The notes: generated from the sequence alone by a model not told the origin. A stretch of DNA of 64,000 nt from Candidatus Harrisonbacteria bacterium (GCA_016867415.1 VGJO01000001.1:7823-71822), one strand, 5' to 3'. Shown: positions 38,454-48,075, counted from the first letter of the stretch. Numbers and translations: made by a program.

Positions 38454-39243
38454 ACATTATCTTTATATACTTCTTTTTTGTCTTTCCTTTGCCCTAATGA
38501 ATCTAGGAGGGGTAGTCTTAGCCCAGACTAAAGCCTGCGGCCCTAATGGCTTAAACTACACGCTCTGTGTTCCTCTACCAGGTCAAAAATCCCCCACTGT
38601 ATCTGGTCTTGATCAATACATCGCCGCCATCTTCACCCTTGCCCTCTCTATTGCCGGCCTCCTCGCCTTCATGCGCCTCCTCTATGGTGGCATCATCTAT
38701 ATTATCTCTTCGAGTAGTGTGGTTAAAAAAGACTATGCCAGAGAGGTAATGAACAAATCCCTCTTGGGTCTCCTTCTTTTATTTGCCGGAACTCTCATTC
38801 TTTATTTTATTAATCCCGATCTTCTCTACGTCGGCCGTATTTTCTCCGACGCTAATCGTATTGGTATCACTGGTCTCGATGATCTAAAAGTAAAACGCAT
38901 TGAAGAATTTAAAGCCACTAATGAAGCGGCAAAAATACAAGAAGAGCAAGATCGGGCTGAATGGATGTTTCGCTACCAAAAAGAGACAGAGTCTCTTAGT
39001 CGGGAAAAAGAATCCTTAAGCGACAATCTTTCATATCTTATGAATAGCTATGGGCAAAATATAAGTAGTAGGGGGAGCGCCGCCGAACGTACCCGCCTCG
39101 AAAGCGAAATTAAGGCTCGCAACACCGAGCTCCTTAAGGTTCACTCCACTCTTCAAGGCATCGAGCAGGAATATCGTCTCTATAATAATAAAAAAGATTC
39201 TATCATTCCCATTGAATTCGACATTTCTAATATTCGGCCATAA
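38425..39243 (+). CDS. VirB2/TrbC-like pilin candidate with a C-terminal coiled-coil extension (272 aa)
   Basis: Signal peptide ...VLAQT, then TM1 (AAIFTLALSIAGLLAFMRLLYGGIIYI) - loop - TM2 (LLGLLLLFAGTLILYFI), then a heptad-like tail. Confidence 0.45.
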   Translation: MKLFPLKMAKHYLYILLFCLSFALMNLGGVVLAQTKACGPNGLNYTLCVPLPGQKSPTVSGLDQYIAAIFTLALSIAGLLAFMRLLYGGIIYIISSSSVVKKDYAREVMNKSLLGLLLLFAGTLILYFINPDLLYVGRIFSDANRIGITGLDDLKVKRIEEFKATNEAAKIQEEQDRAEWMFRYQKETESLSREKESLSDNLSYLMNSYGQNISSRGSAAERTRLESEIKARNTELLKVHSTLQGIEQEYRLYNNKKDSIIPIEFDISNIRP

Positions 39244-39245
39244 CC

Positions 39246-40361
39246 ATGAAAAAATATCTTATTAGTATCGGTTTCATAATAATCTTCCTTGGACTTCTTT
39301 ATTCTGCTTATCTTCTCACTAAAGAAACCTCAGAAAACACTTCAAAAGAAGACGTGGCAGTGATAGTGGAAGAAAAAAAAGAAGCTATTCCTACCGAAAA
39401 TATAATAAAACTTAAAGCTTCACTTCTCTCTGAGAGTCCTGTGGTCTGGTACTCTCCTTTCTCTTTTACCTCTACCCCCGGAACTACTACCATCGACACT
39501 CTCTCTCCCTCCGCCACTGATCAAAATATTCTTTCTTTATCCCGATCTCTACCAATATCCGACTTTACCTTAAGCCCTTCTGGCCGCTTCTCTCTTATTG
39601 AGCTGGGCAACAGCCCAATCCACACCCTGACCGTCTTCGACCGAAAAACAAACTCTCTTATCTCTCTTGGCGCGACCCCAATAAGCGCCGCCTTCATTCC
39701 CGGCTCCGATACCGAAGTTTTCGTCCTAGAAAAAAATATTGGAATAAAAAGAGTAAACCTCGAAAAAAAGACTGAAAAAATTCTCTTAAGCCTCGATCTT
39801 GTGGAAGCCGATATTACTCCGCTCTCCGTCTCCGAAATCCTTGTTTCTGAAAAAGCCGATCCTGACACAAAAGAAAAAACTTTTCTCGTAAACACAGTAA
39901 ATCAGACTGTCACCCTTATTAACGAAGCTCCTGTAAGCCTCTATAAAAATATCAACGCCTTCTATCTCGAGTATAAAGAGGCCGACAACACTCCCGAAAT
40001 CATTCTTAAAGATTCCATCACTAAAAAAGAAATTATCAACTTTAAAAACGCCCTAGGCGGCGAGAATAATTTCACCCTCCCCTCAAAATGTGCTGGTAAA
40101 GACGCGCTCGTCATCTGTGCCTTCCCTCAAGAAGTAATTAATAAAAATAATTTTAGCAACCGCTACACTCGTGGCGAAGAATACCCTAGAGACGATCTCT
40201 ACTCCTTCGAGATTCGCAAAGGAGAGGGGATAGTGAAACGCCACCTTATCTTCTCCTCCACCGACTCCGAATCCTACCAATTCAAAAATCTCTTCATCCT
40301 CAACTCCACTCTCTACTTCATTAACCACCAAACCGACCTCCTCCACTCCCTCCCCCTCTAA
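39246..40361 (+). CDS. Hypothetical membrane-anchored or lipoprotein-like protein (371 aa), last gene of the cluster
   Basis: N-terminal TM helix, Ser/Thr-rich linker, and a beta-rich C-terminal domain. Confidence 0.45.
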   Translation: MKKYLISIGFIIIFLGLLYSAYLLTKETSENTSKEDVAVIVEEKKEAIPTENIIKLKASLLSESPVVWYSPFSFTSTPGTTTIDTLSPSATDQNILSLSRSLPISDFTLSPSGRFSLIELGNSPIHTLTVFDRKTNSLISLGATPISAAFIPGSDTEVFVLEKNIGIKRVNLEKKTEKILLSLDLVEADITPLSVSEILVSEKADPDTKEKTFLVNTVNQTVTLINEAPVSLYKNINAFYLEYKEADNTPEIILKDSITKKEIINFKNALGGENNFTLPSKCAGKDALVICAFPQEVINKNNFSNRYTRGEEYPRDDLYSFEIRKGEGIVKRHLIFSSTDSESYQFKNLFILNSTLYFINHQTDLLHSLPL

Positions 40362-40438
40362 TAAAGTTAATATCCACCAGATATTACTCCAGTGGTCATT
40401 TACCTTTTATTATTCTAAAATTTATATAAATAAAAAAA

Positions 40439-40867
40439 CTAAATAGGCTTAATAACCACTCTTCTATTCTTACCCTCTCCTTCACTTTCCGTCTTCACAT
40501 CCGGCCGTATTGAAAGCTCCTCATGCACAATCCTCCTCTCATATGCATTCATCACCGGCAACTTCACTTCTCCTTTAGAAAACACTGCTTTCTTCGCCGC
40601 CGCTTTCGCAAGATCTGAAATAATCCGCTCCCGCTCTTTCCGATAATTATTCACATCAATCCGGATCGGCTCCCGATTTTCCTTAGTGGCCTTAAGTCGT
40701 TCTAAAAGCAATAAAGATCCCACAATCTCCGAAAGCCACCGCTTCAACCATTCTCCTTCATAAAGAAAGATGAGAAGCCTATTTTCTTCCAGATCAAAAT
40801 CAATCGAAAAATCGCTAAACCCCGCTTGTTGGAATAGATTCTGATAAAAGCCCTTGATCTTGTCCAT
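40439..40867 (-). CDS. Jag-like RNA-binding protein (KH/R3H domains)
   Basis: C-terminal R3H ...ERRIVHEELSIRPDVKTESEGEG.NRRVVIKP. It sits downstream of yidC as in the conserved yidC-jag pair. Confidence 0.75.
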   Translation of the reverse strand: MDKIKGFYQNLFQQAGFSDFSIDFDLEENRLLIFLYEGEWLKRWLSEIVGSLLLLERLKATKENREPIRIDVNNYRKERERIISDLAKAAAKKAVFSKGEVKLPVMNAYERRIVHEELSIRPDVKTESEGEGKNRRVVIKPI

Positions 40868-41546
40868 AAATTATTCTCGTAATATACACCTGTTGGACTA
40901 AAGAAAAAAGGGTGCTCGTAAGCCAATAAAGGCCCACTGCCGAAGGTAAGGTTCCTAAGATAAGTAAGGTAAGAATTGGTCCAATAACCATCATTTTCTT
41001 CGCTATATTCCGAGCTTGTGCACCCTCCTTGGTCCCAGTATCTTTTGGTAATGACACCATTCCTAAGAAGTATTGAGCCGCCGCGGTAATAAGAGTCAAC
41101 GCATAACTCCGTTCTGAAAGATTAAGAATAGATAAAAAATTAGTTATGATTATTTCTGGCCGGCTTATAAACGAGTATAAATTTTGATCCAGAGTCGCTG
41201 GAGTAACTCCCGCAAGAAATACATTATAAATAGCGATAAAAATAGGAATCTGAATAAGAATAATAAGAAAACCAGAAAAAGGGTTAATTTTATATTCTTT
41301 ATAAAGAGCCATGATTTTTTCCGTCTGCACCTGGCGATCATCTTTATGTTTTTCCTGAATCTCTTTAATCATCGGCTGAATCTTAGTTATTAAAACCTGA
41401 TTCTTCATACTCTTATAAAAGAGAGGGTAAAGAATCAGACGAATAAGGATAGTGATAAGAATAATTGCGAAGCCAAAATCACCTAAAAGATTATTAAGTA
41501 CTACAAGCGCATTAAATATTGGTTGAGTTAAAAGTTGATTAAACAT
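40815..41546 (-). CDS. yidC: Membrane protein insertase YidC (short form)
   Basis: ...ILIRLILYPLFYKSMKNQV...MALYKEYKINPFSGFL.ILIQIPIFIAIY... is the YidC/Oxa1 core. Confidence 0.85.
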   Translation of the reverse strand: MFNQLLTQPIFNALVVLNNLLGDFGFAIILITILIRLILYPLFYKSMKNQVLITKIQPMIKEIQEKHKDDRQVQTEKIMALYKEYKINPFSGFLIILIQIPIFIAIYNVFLAGVTPATLDQNLYSFISRPEIIITNFLSILNLSERSYALTLITAAAQYFLGMVSLPKDTGTKEGAQARNIAKKMMVIGPILTLLILGTLPSAVGLYWLTSTLFSLVQQVYITRIIYGQDQGLLSESIPTSGV

Positions 41547-41850
41547 AAAAGAGACTTGATAAGTCTTTAATTATTTCCTCTTGATTTCCAGTTTTCTGGA
41601 TAATAATAAAGTATTTTCCTGAAGGAAGCGATAGGAATTTTTCTTGAATAATCCTATAAATAAGTCGCTTTAAAATATTCCGATCAACCGCCTTTAAAAC
41701 CACTTTTTTCGCCACCGACACTGCAAATCTCGCTCGACCTTCTTTTTCAGGATACTTTTTTAACAAGAAAAAAGACGCCTTCGAATATTTTCTCTCAAAT
41801 CCTCGTAAAGGAAGAGATTGAATTGGAAAGCGCCTTTCTTTTGAAAGCAT
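41539..41850 (-). CDS. rnpA: Ribonuclease P protein component
   Basis: ...RFAVSVAKKVVLKAVDRNILKRLIYRII... is the RnpA signature, and the rpmH-rnpA-yidC order is conserved. Confidence 0.8.
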   Translation of the reverse strand: MLSKERRFPIQSLPLRGFERKYSKASFFLLKKYPEKEGRARFAVSVAKKVVLKAVDRNILKRLIYRIIQEKFLSLPSGKYFIIIQKTGNQEEIIKDLSSLFYV

Positions 41851-41853
41851 TTA

Positions 41854-41988
41854 TTAAACAGTAAGCTTTGCTCGACCCTTCGCCCGCCGTCGTGCTAAAA
41901 CCTTCTTACCACTCGCACTCTTTGAACGTTTTAAAAATCCGTGAGTCCGTGCTCGCTTCTTCTTTTTTGGTTGATATGTCGTTGACAT
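41854..41988 (-). CDS. rpmH: 50S ribosomal protein L34
   Basis: Translated by hand: [44 protein letters not shown]. It is not in the ORF track because it is under 60 aa. Confidence 0.9.
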   Translation of the reverse strand: MSTTYQPKKKKRARTHGFLKRSKSASGKKVLARRRAKGRAKLTV

Positions 41989-42015
41989 AATAAAAGATTA
42001 TAGCATAAAAAAAAG

Positions 42016-42024
42016 TTTTCCACA
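42016..42024 (+). promoter_or_regulatory. DnaA-box-like 9-mer TTTTCCACA in the rpmH-dnaA intergenic region
   Basis: One mismatch from the TTATCCACA consensus. Confidence 0.4.
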
Positions 42025-42090
42025 AATAATCCCCAAAAAAATATTTTCTTCTTTTTTGACCTTATCTGAGTTCTATCTAAAATAGAGTCT

Positions 42091-43449
42091 ATGAACGAAA
42101 CCCAACTCTGGGAAAAGGCACTGAGCGATCTCGAACTAGAAATTCCTCGGCCGAACTTTCTTACGTGGTTAAAGAATAGCCAAATTGTAGAAATGACTGA
42201 TGGAGGAGTAAAAGTTGGACTCGCCAGTCGCTTTGCTCAAAGTTGGGTAGAAAAACATTATCCAATTATTATTTTAAAAGCTCTTCGGAATTTAAATGAT
42301 TCTATTAAGAGGGTAGAGTTTACTGTCATCACTAAGAATATAAATCGTTCCCAACTCCCAAAGGTAGAAACTCGCCTCGATGATTACCAACAAACTTTTG
42401 AGCCCGCCACCGATCCCGAAACTTCTCTTAATCCTAAATACACCCTAAAGTCCTATGCTGTTGGTTCTTCAAATGAAATGGCTTTTGCCGCTATAAATGC
42501 AATTATCGAAAACGTCGGAAAAAAATATAACCCCCTCCTTATCTATGGTGGTGTTGGTGTTGGTAAGACTCACCTTATTCAGGCAGCCGGTAATGAAATA
42601 AAAAATCGCTATGGCACTAAATGTAAGATTCGCTATGTTCACGCTGAAAAATTCATTAATGATGTAGTCCATGCGATGCGTACTCAAAATATGCATACAG
42701 TTAAAAGCCGTTACCGGGATATTAATGTTCTTATAATCGACGATATTCAATTCATCGCTGGTAAGGCAAAAACAGAAGAAGAATTCTTCTATACCTTCAA
42801 CACCCTTAAAGAAGATAATAAACAAATAATTATTTCCTCCGATCGACCTCCTAAATCCATGCCTAATCTCGAAGAACGCCTTCGTTCTCGTCTCGATTCT
42901 GGTATGATTATTGATATTTCCCCACCAGATTATGAGCTCCGCATTGCTGTTTTAAAAAATAAATTAGAAGAAAAAAACCTCTCTCTCGATCCAGTTATTA
43001 TTAGTGAAATTGCTACTAAAGCCGAAAAAAGCCTCCGAGATCTCGAAGGAATAGTAAATAAAATTCAGTTCTATAAAGATCATAAAAAAGCAGAGATTAC
43101 CTCTAAAGTTATTAATGAAATTATCGGAAATAGTTCTCTTCAAAAAATTAATAAACTCGCCAATCCTAATGAAATAATTAAAATTGTCTCTAATTATTTT
43201 GAAATCACCACCCAAGACATTATTGGTCGATCCCGAAAACAAGAAATAGTCGAGCCTAGGCAAATCGCTATTTTTCTCTTACGAGATATTCTTAATATGT
43301 CTTATCCCGCTATAGCCGGAAAATTAGGAAAACGCGATCACACGACCGCTATCTATGCCTACGACAAAATTAAAAAAGAAATTGAACAAAATCAGTCCCT
43401 TAACCAAAAAATAATCTCTATTAAAGATCTTATAGAATCCTCTTGTTAA
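42091..43449 (+). CDS. dnaA: Chromosomal replication initiator DnaA
   Basis: AAA+ Walker A GGVGVGKTHL, Walker B LIIDDIQF, and the C-terminal DNA-binding signature ...IAGKLGKRDHTTAIYAYDKI. Confidence 0.95.
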   Translation: MNETQLWEKALSDLELEIPRPNFLTWLKNSQIVEMTDGGVKVGLASRFAQSWVEKHYPIIILKALRNLNDSIKRVEFTVITKNINRSQLPKVETRLDDYQQTFEPATDPETSLNPKYTLKSYAVGSSNEMAFAAINAIIENVGKKYNPLLIYGGVGVGKTHLIQAAGNEIKNRYGTKCKIRYVHAEKFINDVVHAMRTQNMHTVKSRYRDINVLIIDDIQFIAGKAKTEEEFFYTFNTLKEDNKQIIISSDRPPKSMPNLEERLRSRLDSGMIIDISPPDYELRIAVLKNKLEEKNLSLDPVIISEIATKAEKSLRDLEGIVNKIQFYKDHKKAEITSKVINEIIGNSSLQKINKLANPNEIIKIVSNYFEITTQDIIGRSRKQEIVEPRQIAIFLLRDILNMSYPAIAGKLGKRDHTTAIYAYDKIKKEIEQNQSLNQKIISIKDLIESSC

Positions 43450-43780
43450 AAATTCTTATTTATTAATTATTTTTTCTTAATTATAAATGAAGATTTTTTT
43501 ATTTAATAAAGTACTTTTAATAAAAAATATAAGAAAAAAGAATGTTTGTACAAGTTGTTAATAAGAAGTATAGAAAGAAGGGAAAGTCTGGGGAAAAAAA
43601 AGAAAAGACCAAGATAATTTGAAAAAGAAAAGAGAATGTGGAAAAGTATCAGTAGTTATAGACAAGATACTTTTAGAAAAAACTTCGATTTTACAATAAA
43701 GAAAATCACTTTTCCACATATTCTCACCCCCTAATAATCCTAAAGTTTTAAAAATAAAAAAAACAAAAAATACGTAGAAA
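43450..43780. other. Putative oriC: AT-rich unwinding region plus two inverted TTTTCCACA DnaA-box-like motifs (43637-43645 reverse, 43710-43718 forward)
   Basis: Position between dnaA and dnaN, very high AT content for the first ~110 bp, and two boxes ~65 bp apart. The 167-aa minus-strand ORF here is spurious. Confidence 0.5.
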
Positions 43781-44890
43781 ATGAAAATTATTGTTTTAAA
43801 AAATAATCTTAAAGAAGCCTTATCGGTTATTGAACATGGCGTAGGAGATAATAATGCTCTCCCTATTCTTAAAAACGTTCTTATCCAAACAGAAAATGAA
43901 AAAATAGTCCTCCGGACCACTAATCTCGAATTAGCCATTAAAAAAACTCTTTCCGGAAAAATAATTGAACCAGGAGCTATTACCGTCCCTCTTTCTGTTT
44001 TATATTCAATTATTAGCAATCTTTCTGATGAAAAAGTTTCTCTTGATACGAAAGATACCACTCTCCTTATTAGTACAGAAAAATATCAAGCTAAAATTCA
44101 AGGAGTAAAAGATGATGAATTTCCGGTAATTCCCAAAATAGAGACAGAAAGTGTTCTTATTATCGCTTCTCAGGTTCTTAAGAAAGCTATTAGTAAGGTA
44201 TTTTATGCCGCTGAACTTTCCGAGATTCGCCCTGAGATTGGTGGTGTTTTATTTGATTTTCTTACCTCGAATCTTAAATTAGTTGCTACTGATAGTTTTC
44301 GCCTCGCGGAAATGATTGTAAAAAAAGAATTATTTTCTTTTTCCGGTACTTCGGGCTTTAAAGCTATTATCCCTTTAAAAACCGTTCAAGAAATTATCCG
44401 AATTTTTCCCGAAGATGAGATGATAAAAATTTCTTTTGATCCAACTCAGGTATTTCTTCAATCTTCTTCTATTGAACTTATTTCTCGTCTCTTAGAAGGA
44501 GAATATCCAGATTATGAGCAAATAATTCCCAAGACATTTATAACAGAAGTTATTCTTAAAAAAGAAGATTTAGGAAATGCGGTGAAGGTAGTAAGTACGT
44601 TTAGTGGTAAGAATAATGATGTAAATCTTTCATATAGTGATGCTGGTGATATGTCTTTATACTCCTTAAATCAGGTAATTGGTGAAAATAAGTATTCTTT
44701 TTCCGTTTCTGGAAAAGGAGAATCATTTGAAAATATTGCTTATAATTGGCGATTTATTCAAGATGGCCTACGTGCTCTTGAAGGCCCCACTATTTTTTTT
44801 GGTGTGAATGGTTCTGATCGTCCTTCGCTTATAAAAAGCACTGAAAGTGATATTTTTTTTTCATATATCGTAATGCCAATAAAAAAATAA
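43781..44890 (+). CDS. dnaN: DNA polymerase III beta sliding clamp
   Basis: 369 aa, three-domain clamp pattern, conserved position after dnaA. Confidence 0.9.
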   Translation: MKIIVLKNNLKEALSVIEHGVGDNNALPILKNVLIQTENEKIVLRTTNLELAIKKTLSGKIIEPGAITVPLSVLYSIISNLSDEKVSLDTKDTTLLISTEKYQAKIQGVKDDEFPVIPKIETESVLIIASQVLKKAISKVFYAAELSEIRPEIGGVLFDFLTSNLKLVATDSFRLAEMIVKKELFSFSGTSGFKAIIPLKTVQEIIRIFPEDEMIKISFDPTQVFLQSSSIELISRLLEGEYPDYEQIIPKTFITEVILKKEDLGNAVKVVSTFSGKNNDVNLSYSDAGDMSLYSLNQVIGENKYSFSVSGKGESFENIAYNWRFIQDGLRALEGPTIFFGVNGSDRPSLIKSTESDIFFSYIVMPIKK

Positions 44891-44904
44891 AAAGAGAGAT
44901 TTTT

Positions 44905-47319
44905 TTAACGATAAAGAATAAGGTTATTTTCTATTATCTTTTTATTAGAAGTGGTTAATCGTATAGTGAGTTGATTTTGACTTTCTATATTAGAAAGAGA
45001 TATTAATTCTGAAAAAGTAAAATCATTCCCATAATTTCTCATTTCAGTAAATAAGGTAAGTGAATTAAGAAGTATTTCTATAGATATTACAGGATTAATA
45101 CCTTTATAAGTGAATTGTATGGGAATTTGATTATTCTGGATGAAGATTCCAGTCTTAGGTGAAATAAGGGTAAGATTATTATTTCCGGAATTTTCAGAAG
45201 TATTTATATTTTCCCTCTGATTTCCTTGAAATCCTGGATGATTATCTAACCATTCTTGAAGAGATCCTTCCCAACCAGAAAATTGAGAGTCTCGTTCAGG
45301 GTTAGTAGGTGGTAATCCGCGGGGATCCGCTTTATTTATATAGTAAAGCGTATCATGGATTTCTCCATTAATTATATATTTTCCTTCTAAAATTGGCTTA
45401 CCAGTAATATCTTCTTGAGATTTAGGAAATATTTCACTCTCTTGGGTAAGTAAAGCTTCTTTCATAAACGCATTCCAGATAGGAAGTGCTGCTAAGATGC
45501 TTCCTCCTTGTTTTTGCATTGCGTTATTATTATTATTTCCCACCCATACCCCTGTTACTAATGAGGGAGTATAACCGATTGTCCAAGCATCTCTATAATC
45601 GTTTGTTGTTCCGGTCTTAATTGCTACCTCATAGCCCGGGAAAAGAGTTAGTCCTAGGCTTCCGTGATATAATTCTTTCCTTGCATTAATATCAGTTAAA
45701 ACATCATTGAGTTTTCGTATAGGTTCTGCGTCTACTACTCGTTCTTCTTTATCTTTATATTTTTCTAAGACTATTCCTTTAGTATCTTGGATTTCAAGAA
45801 TAATAGCTGGTTTATGTTTTACCCCATCATTAGAAAATACTGAGTATGCTCCAACGAGTTCAATAAGTTTTATTTCTCCGCCTCCGAGTGCTAGTGATAA
45901 ACCGTAGCGGTTTTTTTCAGTGAGAGTGGTGATACCTAATTTTTCCGCCATACTTAAGACATTATTAATTCCCGTAAGGTAAAGAGTTTTTACAGCGGGT
46001 ACGTTAAGGGATTGAGCTAGAGAGTGCCGCATATCCACTGGTCCTCGAAAAGTGTTATCAAAGTTTTGTGGAGTATATGGATTTATTCCAGAAGTATCAA
46101 AATCTGTTGGTGTATCAAAGAGAATAGTGTTTGGGGTATAACCTCGGGTAAAGGCAGTGAGGTAGACAATCGGCTTAATAGCTGATCCTGGCTGCCGTAA
46201 TCCTTGTGTTGCTACATTAAAATTTCCATCATTCTTAATATCAAAATAATCATATGATCCGACCATTACTAAGACCTCGCCCGTCTTAGAATTCATTACC
46301 ACCATCGAAGCGTTAGTGCCTTTATAAAGCCGAGTATTTCGTTCCGCCCCTTCTCTAACCGCCTTTTCTGCTATTTGCTGTAAATCATAATCTAGAGTAG
46401 AAATCACTTTTAATCCAGCTTTCCGGACATAATCTTCCCCATATTTATTTATTAAATATTCTTGAATAAGAATAGAAAAATGTGGCGCCTTTATTCCATA
46501 AGATTGTGGTGTAAACGATAATATTTCTACTTTCGCTTCCTGCCGCTCTTCACTTGTGATATACCCTTCTTTTTCCATTTGTAAAAGTACTATATCTCGC
46601 CGCCTTAAAAGCTGGTCTATATGGCTTCCATAAGGAGAATAGTAACTTGGTGCTTGCGGTAAACTTACAAGAAGTGCCGCTTCATTAAGAGTAAGATCCC
46701 GCGCGTTTTTATTAAAAAAAGTCTGACTCGCTGCTTGGATACCATACGCGTTTGACCCATAAGGAATCTGGTTAAGGTAGAAATTAAGAATCTCATCTTT
46801 AGAATATTTTCTTTCTAGTTGATAAGCGATCACTGCTTCTTTAAGTTTACGAGTTAAAGTTTTTTCCGTACTTAAGAAAGCATTTTTTGCTAACTGTTGG
46901 GTAATTGTTGATCCTCCTTGTGTTATTTCCCCGGAAGAAATATTAGTGAAGAGTGCTCGGAGAATAGATCGGTAATTAAGCGCGGAATGATTATAAAAAG
47001 TAGCGTCTTCAATTGCTACTGTCGCCCGCTTTACATTTTCTGGTATTTCCTCAAAGGGGATTACCGTTCTTTTTTCCTCTCCATAAATTTCATAAAGAAC
47101 CACTTTTCCAGTTCTATCTAAAATCTTTGTTGATTGGTTTATTTGTCGGGTATCAAAAAGTTCTGGTCGAGGTAAATCTTTTAGAATAAAAAAAACATAA
47201 GCCGTTCCCGAAGCCCCTAAAAATAAAAGAATACTAATAAGGAGTGGTGTCTTCTTTAAAAAATTATACATCCTAGTTTTTATAGGATATATAATAACAC
47301 ACCTTATTTTTATTGACAA
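44905..47319 (-). CDS. Class A penicillin-binding protein (bifunctional glycosyltransferase/transpeptidase, PBP1A-like) with an ~180-aa C-terminal extension
   Basis: GT51 motifs (EDATFY.H, GGSTITQQLAKN), and transpeptidase SAIKP (SxxK), SLN and KTGTT. The probable start is the internal MYNFLKK at ~47271. Confidence 0.9.
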   Translation of the reverse strand: MSIKIRCVIIYPIKTRMYNFLKKTPLLISILLFLGASGTAYVFFILKDLPRPELFDTRQINQSTKILDRTGKVVLYEIYGEEKRTVIPFEEIPENVKRATVAIEDATFYNHSALNYRSILRALFTNISSGEITQGGSTITQQLAKNAFLSTEKTLTRKLKEAVIAYQLERKYSKDEILNFYLNQIPYGSNAYGIQAASQTFFNKNARDLTLNEAALLVSLPQAPSYYSPYGSHIDQLLRRRDIVLLQMEKEGYITSEERQEAKVEILSFTPQSYGIKAPHFSILIQEYLINKYGEDYVRKAGLKVISTLDYDLQQIAEKAVREGAERNTRLYKGTNASMVVMNSKTGEVLVMVGSYDYFDIKNDGNFNVATQGLRQPGSAIKPIVYLTAFTRGYTPNTILFDTPTDFDTSGINPYTPQNFDNTFRGPVDMRHSLAQSLNVPAVKTLYLTGINNVLSMAEKLGITTLTEKNRYGLSLALGGGEIKLIELVGAYSVFSNDGVKHKPAIILEIQDTKGIVLEKYKDKEERVVDAEPIRKLNDVLTDINARKELYHGSLGLTLFPGYEVAIKTGTTNDYRDAWTIGYTPSLVTGVWVGNNNNNAMQKQGGSILAALPIWNAFMKEALLTQESEIFPKSQEDITGKPILEGKYIINGEIHDTLYYINKADPRGLPPTNPERDSQFSGWEGSLQEWLDNHPGFQGNQRENINTSENSGNNNLTLISPKTGIFIQNNQIPIQFTYKGINPVISIEILLNSLTLFTEMRNYGNDFTFSELISLSNIESQNQLTIRLTTSNKKIIENNLILYR

Positions 47320-47505
47320 TTAATAGTTATCTCCCCCTTCTTCAAATGAAGGTTCTACATCATCATCATCATCATATAAATCAATCTCATCTTCCTCGTC
47401 ATCCTCTCCATCATCTATATCATCATCTTCCTCCTCCTCTTCTTCTATCGCTTCATCTTCCTGTAAAGTAAGCAGCTCTCGCGTATATAATTCTAATGGA
47501 TTCAT
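47320..47505 (-). CDS. Tiny hyper-acidic protein (61 aa, ~60% Asp/Glu) immediately upstream of and abutting the PBP gene
   Basis: MNPLELYTRELLTLQEDEAIEEEEEEDDDIDDGEDDEEDEIDLYDDDDDVEPSFEEGGDNY. Its stop abuts the PBP start. It could be a real acidic peptide, or low-complexity DNA read through. Confidence 0.3.
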   Translation of the reverse strand: MNPLELYTRELLTLQEDEAIEEEEEEDDDIDDGEDDEEDEIDLYDDDDDVEPSFEEGGDNY

Positions 47506-47607
47506 TTTTGTAAAATGCTTTTTTATAAAGTGTAAAAAAAGTATATTCGATGAAAATTGTCTGTCAAGATAAAAAAAGAGTGGAAAAAAGAATATTTTTT
47601 ATATTTA

Positions 47608-48075
47608 TTATCTTTCCTGAAATGCCGCTGAAATAGCGATAGCAATCGCATCAGTGGTGTCATCAATATAATTAAATCTTGGCAATCCTAAGAGCCTCGC
47701 TGTCATTATAGCTACTGCTTTCTTATCTGCTGATCCATAATTAGTTACCGCCGCCTTGATTTGATTTGGAGTGAATTCTACCACCTTTGCTCCACTTCGA
47801 TACGCTAAAAAAAGAATTACTCCCCGCGCCTGGGCAACCTCGATCGCTGTTTTAATATTCCGTTGAAAAAAAATCTTTTCAATTGCAATCACATCCGGTC
47901 GTATTTCTGTAAATAATAATTCAAACGCTGTGCCGATATGCCGGATCTTCCCTTCCATATCTTGTTTTTTATTTTCAATAATATCCGCCATAGTAAGCGT
48001 TATCTTCCCTTTTTCTTTAGTAAGTAAGGCATATCCTGCCCGCGCGCTCCCCGGATCAATTCCTAATATTTTCAT
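47608..48075 (-). CDS. ruvC: Holliday junction resolvase RuvC
   Basis: MKILGIDPGSARAGYALL... contains the catalytic Asp; 155 aa. Confidence 0.85.
   Translation of the reverse strand: MKILGIDPGSARAGYALLTKEKGKITLTMADIIENKKQDMEGKIRHIGTAFELLFTEIRPDVIAIEKIFFQRNIKTAIEVAQARGVILFLAYRSGAKVVEFTPNQIKAAVTNYGSADKKAVAIMTARLLGLPRFNYIDDTTDAIAIAISAAFQER

Noticed and set aside
43558-44061. 167-aa minus-strand ORF across the dnaA-dnaN intergenic region and the dnaN start
   Set aside because: It lies over the AT-rich origin region and the 5' end of dnaN, and its composition is dominated by F/I/K from the AT richness. It is spurious.
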